Below, piece by piece: positions 1-7,300 of a stretch of 29,939 bases of DNA. The stretch spans positions 79,804-109,742 of IMG/VR virus record IMGVR_UViG_3300012075_000001; one strand, 5' to 3'. The translations under genes were made by a program, and so were the position numbers. This stretch comes from a virus (Duplodnaviria; Heunggongvirae; Uroviricota; Caudoviricetes). The notes beneath the pieces were generated by a model that did not search any database, was not told the origin of the DNA, and saw only the letters and a list, made by a program, of their open reading frames with translations. Every line of letters begins with the position of its first letter. Position 1 is the first letter of the stretch.

Positions 1-2
1 TA

Positions 3-485
3 ACAGCAAAAGGCTATGAAAATTTTACAGGTCACATGGGCGCTGTATATTTTAAAGATGGCCTTTCTGCAATGGATGTGCTGCCAATTCACGCTGTGCG
101 CATCGGCTCTACAATCGGCGCAGAGTGGGAAAATGGTCAATCTACTAACCCTGCGGATCTTCTTGTGGCAAATGCCAATATGGGTGCATTAAACACTCAA
201 GACGCAGCTGACTATGACCAACGCATGATCGAGGCCCAAATTCAAGACGCGAACAAAGCTGAAGAGCATTTGAATAAGGTTGCACAGCTCGGCATTGATG
301 CGACAACTGACCCCGATGCTCAACTGCCAGCCACTCAGGGCAAAACCTACACTCGTGAAGAACTAGAAGCTGTTGCAGAAGAAGGCGGTTTGGCTGGAAT
401 TCGTGCAGTGGCAGCAGAAGTTGGGGTGAAAGGTGGTTCAATTGTGGTGTTGATTGACCGTATCTTGGAAGTTGCGGGCGCATAA
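3..485 (+). CDS. Virion head-region protein of unknown function, 5'-truncated by the window; short helical C-terminal domain
   Basis: The frame is open from base 3 (TAKGYENFTGH precedes the ATG at 36), so the true start lies upstream. It sits just before the head-tail adaptor. C-terminus: YTREELEAVAEEGGLAGIRAVAAEVGVKGGSIVVLIDRIL. Confidence 0.7.
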   Translation, partial: TAKGYENFTGHMGAVYFKDGLSAMDVLPIHAVRIGSTIGAEWENGQSTNPADLLVANANMGALNTQDAADYDQRMIEAQIQDANKAEEHLNKVAQLGIDATTDPDAQLPATQGKTYTREELEAVAEEGGLAGIRAVAAEVGVKGGSIVVLIDRILEVAGA

Positions 486-488
486 TCA

Positions 489-1265
489 ATGAACATTTAC
501 TTAGTTGGTACACCAGTTAAGCTAAGTGTTGATTTCTCAGACAGTGACGGCAACCCTCTTGCCCTCACTGACGCCAAGTACCGCATTGTTGACCAGGACT
601 CTAAAGAACTTGCGCCAATGCAGCAGTTTGATTTAAACCAAACTGAATTGACCGTCCCTTCAGAAATCAACAACATCGCTACATTTGACTTAAATTCAAT
701 CACCGTAGACAACAAGCACAGCTTTCGCATGCGAGAAGTAAGGGTTGTTGAATTTGAGCTAACACTTCAAGAAGGCAACGTCATCCCGCATAACCTTGTT
801 TACGCCATTCAACCGCGAGATCCACTCATTGCCGGATTGAATAGCTTCCAAACGCTCAGCCAAGCTACGCTAAGTTCCTTATCCATTCAAAGTCTAAACG
901 CTTGGAATGAATCCTCCGTGAACGAAAAAATTGGAGCGCTTACCGAAGCATACGACCGTATTTGCAAGCTGGCATTCACCATTACAAGCAATCTCGAATG
1001 TATGCCGCCTAAAGTGTTCGCAACTTTAGACCCTCGCTTTATTGAGGCTTTGCGTAAAGCCCAAGTGGCTGAAGCGGAAGTGATTTTAGGCGGGGGTGAT
1101 GAAACTCTCACGGGCAGACAGCAAGGCTTGCTGTCACAAACAATTGGCGAGACTCATGAAACCTATCAAAAGGGCATCCCTTTAGATCTGGCTGTTTCTA
1201 AGCAAACCATGCGTTACCTAAGTGGCTTCGTTTCGACGACCAAGAAAATAGGACGTGCTTCATGA
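489..1265 (+). CDS. Probable head-tail adaptor/connector protein
   Basis: 258-aa ORF at the start of the neck cluster. The C-terminal half (..LRKAQVAEAEVILGG..GLLSQTIGETHETY..) has the helical-bundle plus 'SxTIGE' pattern of adaptor proteins. Confidence 0.6.
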   Translation: MNIYLVGTPVKLSVDFSDSDGNPLALTDAKYRIVDQDSKELAPMQQFDLNQTELTVPSEINNIATFDLNSITVDNKHSFRMREVRVVEFELTLQEGNVIPHNLVYAIQPRDPLIAGLNSFQTLSQATLSSLSIQSLNAWNESSVNEKIGALTEAYDRICKLAFTITSNLECMPPKVFATLDPRFIEALRKAQVAEAEVILGGGDETLTGRQQGLLSQTIGETHETYQKGIPLDLAVSKQTMRYLSGFVSTTKKIGRAS

Positions 1266-1720
1266 ATAAACCTGATATTGATGTTGCCCAAGCTAAAGCA
1301 TTGACTCAAACCTTCATTATGGCGCTCAACGGCGCCTTCTTCACTGTTCGGGGTAGCAAGCTAAAACCTTCAGCTCAAGACATTGAACAGGCGAAGATCA
1401 ATGTGCAAATCGCGTCATACACTTACCTAAGCGGTATGCGCGAGCTACTTCCAGAAACTCACCCACTAGCTGAAGAAACCCAAGCCAGCATCGTAAGTTT
1501 GACCACTCAACTGATCAGACAAACCAACGCTTCAATTGCGGGCGGTTACACCAATAAAGCGGCGCAATTACTTGGTTCAAGACTTCACGGGGCACAGGGT
1601 CAGTTAGTTCAAAAGAAAATGAGCCAACTGGATCTACGCGTAATTGATAAGCATGGCAGAGGTTGGGGCGATCCAACACGTCTTGTAGAGGCAATTATGA
1701 CGAAACACTTCTTAGAGTAA
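1262..1720 (+). CDS. Hypothetical virion-associated protein (neck cluster)
   Basis: 152-aa ORF translationally coupled to the previous gene (ATGA overlap at 1262-1265). Confidence 0.65.
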   Translation: MNKPDIDVAQAKALTQTFIMALNGAFFTVRGSKLKPSAQDIEQAKINVQIASYTYLSGMRELLPETHPLAEETQASIVSLTTQLIRQTNASIAGGYTNKAAQLLGSRLHGAQGQLVQKKMSQLDLRVIDKHGRGWGDPTRLVEAIMTKHFLE

Positions 1721-1724
1721 GTAA

Positions 1725-2090
1725 ATGTTTAGACCAAATCAAAATTGCGTGGTTCGGTCAATCGCTGGATACAGCGTTTATGGCCAGCCACAGGAAGGAA
1801 AGCGCAAAAAGGAGAAATGCGCAATCGTTCGTTATGTCATCAAGAATGAGAAATCCTCTGTGCGTGCCGACTCATCAGCGACGCGAGGGAATGCACGCGA
1901 GCAACAAGCGGATGCAATCTTCTTGATGAGCCCTACCACAACTGCGGACATTGACAGTGTGATTGAGCTGCACAGTCATGATTTTCGCATTGTTTCAAAA
2001 GAACCACGTTTTGCAATTAGCGGTCGCCTAGACCATTTTGAAGTTGGTTGCAGTTATTGGAGTGATAATGAACCTACTACCACTAGCTGA
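1725..2090 (+). CDS. Probable head-closure (head-tail joining) protein
   Basis: 121-aa beta-rich ORF placed between the adaptor and tail terminator. Ends with ..FRIVSKEPRFAISGRLDHFEV, typical of head-closure proteins. Confidence 0.6.
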   Translation: MFRPNQNCVVRSIAGYSVYGQPQEGKRKKEKCAIVRYVIKNEKSSVRADSSATRGNAREQQADAIFLMSPTTTADIDSVIELHSHDFRIVSKEPRFAISGRLDHFEVGCSYWSDNEPTTTS

Positions 2091-2457
2091 GCTGCTGCAA
2101 AGTAAACAAGTAGGCGTTAAAGGGCAAACCATTTTCGTCAACATGATTCCAATCTCCGCTCCAAAAGGTGTGTTATTGAGAAATGACTTACCCGGAACGG
2201 AAATCGATTATGAGCTTCCCGGATATTACAAAACCAGTTTTGTTGTAATTGTCCGAGATTCTTCTTTTGAGCTGGCCGAAGATAAAATGGAGAGAGTGAG
2301 TGACGTTCTTACGCTCAACGACACAACCGTTGGCGATTTTCACTTCAACTACTGTCGACCCAAAACAAAACCTAATGCATACCCAATGTCAGCGGGGAAC
2401 CTAATTGAATTAGCCGCGGAGTACAGCGTTTGTGGCTACGAGATAAAAGGAGGGTAA
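2068..2457 (+). CDS. Probable tail terminator/completion protein (often annotated 'minor capsid protein')
   Basis: Start moved to ATG 2068 (GGAG at 2059-2062). 129 aa with an IFVNMIP..FVVIVR..AEDKMERVSDVL pattern, in the neck cluster. Confidence 0.65.
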   Translation: MNLLPLAELLQSKQVGVKGQTIFVNMIPISAPKGVLLRNDLPGTEIDYELPGYYKTSFVVIVRDSSFELAEDKMERVSDVLTLNDTTVGDFHFNYCRPKTKPNAYPMSAGNLIELAAEYSVCGYEIKGG

Positions 2458-2958
2458 ATGTTTAAAAAGGGAAATTTTGGAAGATTGAGAGCCAGACTCG
2501 AAGCGCTTTCTGAAGTGCCCGAAAAAGTTGCAGCCACAACCTTGCGTGATTGCGCCTACAAGGTCAAAGAGACTGCCATCAATATGACACCAATAGACGA
2601 AGGAGATCTTCGACGCTCTATCAAGGTGCGACGAATTGGTGGCGGTACCAATAAGCTTGGTCAGTTTAGCCGAGGGCAGTCCAGATGGGAGGTGTATGTC
2701 AACATGAATCAACCCACAAGCGGCGGCAAGAAAGAAGCTTTTGTTGGCGAATACGCTTGGATGGTTCATGAACACATGGGATGGGGCAATGTCAAAATGT
2801 CCATCATGCCATCTGAACGATCGGTGGCTGCCGGTTTAGCAAACGGCGTTCATGCGGGTGGTCGCTTTATGGACAGAGCCTTAATTTATCGTGCAAATGA
2901 AATTCAAAAAGACATTCGCGCTCAAGTTCTTAGAGAAATCAAGAAACTGGACAAATAA
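2458..2958 (+). CDS. HK97 gp10-like neck/tail-completion protein
   Basis: Motifs 'AINMTPIDEGDLRRSI', 'EYAWMVHE' and 'GGRFMDRAL' match the TPVDTGxLRxSI / YAxxVxxG / GxxFLxxA pattern. AGGAGG RBS at 2448-2453. Confidence 0.75.
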   Translation: MFKKGNFGRLRARLEALSEVPEKVAATTLRDCAYKVKETAINMTPIDEGDLRRSIKVRRIGGGTNKLGQFSRGQSRWEVYVNMNQPTSGGKKEAFVGEYAWMVHEHMGWGNVKMSIMPSERSVAAGLANGVHAGGRFMDRALIYRANEIQKDIRAQVLREIKKLDK

Positions 2959-2982
2959 ACCCCTCTATGTTAGATTGCCGAA

Positions 2983-3004
2983 AATCAGTCACGGATGACT
3001 GATT
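2983..3004. promoter_or_regulatory. Palindromic site 1 (AATCAGTCA-CGGA-TGACTGATT) upstream of the major tail gene
   Basis: Perfect 9-bp inverted repeat with core AGTCA-N4-TGACT, the same core as five other intergenic sites. Confidence 0.7.
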
Positions 3005-3026
3005 AGCCTTTGCAAAGGAGATGACA

Positions 3027-3554
3027 ATGGCAAGCGATGTTAAAAACGTCAAGCTTGGTGTTTGTAAAATCACGTTCGATGGAGTGGACTTAGGTTTTAC
3101 AAAAGGTGGCGTTGACGTAACTGTGACGACCGAAACCCACAAGGTTCAGGTTGACCAGTTTGGCCAAACACCAATTAACGAATACATTCTCGGTCGTACC
3201 GTGGTTGTAAAAGCCCCTCTCGCAGAAACCACATTGGAAAACTTGGTAAAAATCATGCCGGGTGCCACTTTGGTTACTGACGCACAAACCCCTACCAAAA
3301 AACGCGTGGACGTTCCTACAGGCGTAGGTATCAACTTGCTTGATTTCGCAAAAGAGTTGGTATTGCACCCAATCGGCAAGCCTGACACTGACAAGTCAGA
3401 CGACTTCGTTGTTAAACGTGCTGCAACAGCTGGCGCATTAGATTTCGGCTACAAGCTGGAAGACGAGCGTTTATTTAACACTGAGTTCAACGCTTACCCT
3501 GATGAGAATAGCAAATTGTTCTCTATTGGCGACCCAACAGCTGGAACGGCTTAA
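3027..3554 (+). CDS. Major tail (tube) protein
   Basis: VKLGVCKITFDGVDLGFTKGGV..HKVQVDQFGQTPI..APLAETTLENL is a siphovirus tube signature. AAGGAG at 3015-3020 favours ATG 3027 over 3021. Followed by a terminator and the chaperone gene. Confidence 0.85.
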   Translation: MASDVKNVKLGVCKITFDGVDLGFTKGGVDVTVTTETHKVQVDQFGQTPINEYILGRTVVVKAPLAETTLENLVKIMPGATLVTDAQTPTKKRVDVPTGVGINLLDFAKELVLHPIGKPDTDKSDDFVVKRAATAGALDFGYKLEDERLFNTEFNAYPDENSKLFSIGDPTAGTA

Positions 3555-3561
3555 TTAATTG

Positions 3562-3581
3562 ATCAGTCATAACTGACTGAT
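3562..3581. promoter_or_regulatory. Palindromic site 2 (ATCAGTCA-TAAC-TGACTGAT)
   Basis: 8-bp inverted repeat with the shared core, between the major tail gene and the chaperone gene. Confidence 0.7.
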
Positions 3582-3598
3582 TTTTAATGCTCCACGTC

Positions 3599-3623
3599 AG
3601 CCCTGTCCTCGCAGGGCTTTCTC
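3599..3623 (+). terminator. Probable weak intrinsic terminator after the major tail gene
   Basis: AGCCCTG-TCCTCG-CAGGGCT stem-loop followed by a short T-rich run (TTCTC). Confidence 0.55.
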
Positions 3624-3641
3624 AGATTCGAGACACAGAAA

Positions 3642-3968
3642 ATGAAATTATTAAACATCGAAAACATCACAGTGGAAAGTGATCGTTTCGTTCAGATCAA
3701 AGGTAAAAAACACCAACTCAAAATCATGAACGTTGGTGAATTTACAGCTTTCACCAAAGAAGCACGCGAAATCGCGAAGTCTGGCGACCGCATGCGTGAA
3801 CTTGAATTTGCAATCAAAGTTGTTAGCTCTGCGTTGCCTGATGTACCCATTGAAGAAATTGAAAAATTTCAACTACCACAACTTGAAGCCATTGTCGCTT
3901 TTGTTACTGGACAAGATGACGGTTCAGACAAGGAAGAGGGCGAAGAAGCAACACAAGAGGGAAAGTAA
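3642..3968 (+). CDS. Tail assembly chaperone (lambda gpG analogue)
   Basis: 108-aa ORF with an acidic C-terminus, between the tube and tape measure genes. Ends in the slippery heptamer G GGA AAG just before TAA. Confidence 0.85.
   Translation: MKLLNIENITVESDRFVQIKGKKHQLKIMNVGEFTAFTKEAREIAKSGDRMRELEFAIKVVSSALPDVPIEEIEKFQLPQLEAIVAFVTGQDDGSDKEEGEEATQEGK
3959..3965 (+). other. Programmed -1 ribosomal frameshift site GGGAAAG
   Basis: Identical to the lambda G/T slippery sequence. The -1 frame is open from here to 4309. Confidence 0.85.
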
Positions 3969-4309
3969 GTTCAACCCCGCCAAAACTTGAATCCATAGAT
4001 TTCGGGTTCTTGTTTTGTCGAGTTATGCACTTCTATTCCGAAACATACGAATCAGTACTCGCTATGCCAATCAAAACCTTTTGGTTGCTTAGCAACAGTG
4101 TTGAGCGGATTGAGGCACAACAAGATCTTCGGCACTTAAAAATTGCGCTTACAGGAAGTATGGGCGCAACCCAAGAGGGCATAGAAAAGCTAATCGAATC
4201 TCTTAATAACGAACTTGGCGAAATTATCAAAGGAGATAACAACCCAATTTTAAACACCGAGAGAGACGAAGCTGGATTCGAAGCGCTCCGAAGAATTGCA
4301 CAAGGATGA
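3965..4309 (+). CDS. Frameshift extension of the tail chaperone (gpGT analogue; full product about 3642-4309)
   Basis: The -1 frame reads VSSTPPKLESIDFGFLFCRVMHFY.. with no stop and joins the track ORF 4010-4309, which has no convincing independent start. Confidence 0.8.
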   Translation, partial: VSSTPPKLESIDFGFLFCRVMHFYSETYESVLAMPIKTFWLLSNSVERIEAQQDLRHLKIALTGSMGATQEGIEKLIESLNNELGEIIKGDNNPILNTERDEAGFEALRRIAQG

Positions 4310-4319
4310 TTAAACACAC

Positions 4320-7300
4320 ATGATCGGCGGCGGCGACATCAAAAATAGCCTCACGTTGGATGCATCGCAATTTGATTCCGCTATCGAGCAGTCCACCAAA
4401 AAGGCGAACGCTCTCGAAAAGGAATTAGATAACCTCAGTAAACAATCAACTAAGCTCGACTCAAAACTTGCCGATACAAAGCAGGGGATGGTCGAGCTTA
4501 ATCGTCGTTTTAGCGATGCTGAAAAAACAATAGGCACCACAAGCAAGACATTTACTGATGCACAAAAGAAAGTTGGCGAAACTACTCAAAACGTCGACTT
4601 GCTTTCGCGCAAGCTGGAAAAGCTGACAGGAACGGCAACCCAGCAAAAAAGCGCCATCAATTCCCTCAAACAAATCACAGACCATTACGGCAATACAATT
4701 GATGGCCTTAACCCTGTCTTAGATCGCGTTCGTAAAACCGAGGAGCGTCTAGGCAAGTCACGCATCAAACATGCTGGGGAAGGCTCTGAGAAAGAAAAAA
4801 CGCGTTGGCTTGAGCGTCGCCGTATTCTCGCTGAAGAAGAACAAGCCAACCAACAGTCCCTAAAATCACGCGAACAGCTTTATAAGCAATATGAGGCCCT
4901 TGAGCGCAAGTTAGAGACTGTTAAGCGTAACGCTACCACCCAAGCCAATAAGTACTCTACAGCGACGACTGAGCGCGGTTTAGCGGCATATAGCAACCAC
5001 ACAAAGAAAGCCAATGCTGCTGAAGATCAGTTGGCCACACTTCGTCAAACCAAGATTGCAATCGAGCAATCCGTTTCCATGCTCAAGGAACGGAACAAAG
5101 AGCTTAAAAATGCAATCAAAATTACCGACGATGGCTTGCGTCTCGAGCGCGAAGAAAGAGATGTTTTAAAAGAGCAAAACAGCTTAGCCAAAAAACGCAA
5201 TGAAACTGAACGTGAGCGCATCCGTACAGTTAAAGACATTGAAAAGGCTGAGCGTGATCTTGCGAGTCTTAAAGATCGTGAGTCAAAGCATCAGATTGCC
5301 AACACCAAGCAAGAGCAACGTGCAGCTGAGCAAAAGGTTAAAGCTGAAGAGCGCGAAATCAATCGACTTGAGCGTGTTAAAGAGCGTAACCATCAATCAG
5401 AACTTGCGCGACGCAGACGAGAAGCAGCGGAAACCAACCGCTTAAATGCTGAAGCAGCGGCAGCGGTTACAACTGTTGGGGCGGGAGCCGCAACAGTAGC
5501 GGGCGTACATGAAGCAGCAAGCTATCAAGACGTCGAAGACCGAGTTCGCATGCTGAACTTATCCCCTGAAGAATTTAACCGCTTCAAGGATAAGTCTTGG
5601 GATCTGGCAAGTACTGAAAAATACTTATCGCGAACCGCAGCGATGCAAACGCGATTAGATGCTTTAACCGCAATCGGCTACAACAAAGAACCAACGATCG
5701 ATAAAACCATTTCTAGCGCCTCACGAAATGCATATCTCATGCGTTCATTGGGCTATGAGAATGGAACGCACTCAGACGTCGTTAAAAACTTGTATGGCTT
5801 TGCTGAAGCTAGACAGGTAATGGATGACCCGGATGAGGTCAACAAGTCATTTGATATTGCACGTCGAATGGCAGTTGCTTCAGGCGGCAAAATCAAGATG
5901 GCCGACATCGAGACGGTCGCTCGTAACATTGGTGATTTACGTCAAACCATGTCATCTGAAGGTTGGATTAAACTCGCTGCAGTAATGGAGCAGTTTAAAA
6001 CAGCTGGTGGCGGTAACGGTGGTGGCGGCGGTGTTTCATCAGTCGGTACGATCTTCAAGATGATGAGCCTATACGCTTCAGGTAAACCAGTCACCAACAC
6101 AGCGGCTCTCAACTTGCTTGGCGCAGACGTCATGAACGACGCATTCGCCGATGGCACATCGCAACAATTCCAGAACTCACGCGAAATTCAAGGCGCCATG
6201 ATGAAAGCTGTGAAAACAGCTGGCTTCAAAGACGTCAAAGAAATGTCTAAGGACCCAATTAAGTTCTTCTCTGGACTTCGTGGCCAATTGCTCGATTACA
6301 TGATGCAAGACGCACAGTTCAAGAAGTTCTTCGGTAACGTTCCTAAGCATAGCTATAACGCTGAAGGGCGAATGGTTGGAGCCAATGGGCAAGTCGTAAA
6401 TCAGCGTGAGCAAGACGACACAGAAAACGCAGCATTTAAGCGTTTCTTTGCACAGTCGGGCATGTCCAACAAGACCATTGACGGTATGTTGCTGACGATG
6501 AACCGAAGTTTTGTGGAGCGTTCAAATCACGCAGCACAAACAGCGATGGGTTCTCAAGGCGAACTTGAGGCAATGCAAAACCTAACAGAGAACTGGAATG
6601 CCAACATTGACATTCTCAAGGCTTCTCTTGCTGACTTTGCAGTGACCTTTGAGCCTTTGTTGGCCAAGTTAGCTGAAGTTCCTAAGTTCTTTGCAAGCAT
6701 CATTCGCTCATTCAGTGAATTTGGCAAAGACAATCCAACACTTGCAACAATTTCATTGCTGACAGTAGGCTTCGGTCTGTTAAAAGTTTCAGCAATGGCA
6801 ACCATTACGCCGATTCGCATGCTTTTAGGTGCGGTTGGGCTAATGTCCAAATCTGGCAGTGGTGTTGTTAATTCGCTGAAAAATACAGTCGTTGCAATGG
6901 GCGCTGCTAAAACTGCAACCAACGCAACCAAAGACAGTATTGGCAAAGCTGCATCAGAATTTACCTCTTTTGGTATGGCTGCTGAAAAATCCGCAGAGCG
7001 TGCCAATACAGGCGTAAAAGGGTTTGCAGGCAAGCTGTCTGGTCATCTTGGTTCAGTCAAGGTGTTTGCTGGTGGCGCACTTCGCTTATTGGGTTCTTTG
7101 GTCAATTGGGCGGGTTGGCTCTTATTGGCGGGGCAATTTGGTTGGGCGATTGGTAAGTGGATTGGCTCACTTAAAGTTGGCGGCACTGAAATCAACTCCC
7201 ATATCCAAAATATCGTAAATGATATCGTGTCCAATTGGGATTTGATGATCAACTCTCTCAAAGGGGCTTGGTTGTCATTCAAAGAGTTCTTTACCGGCCA

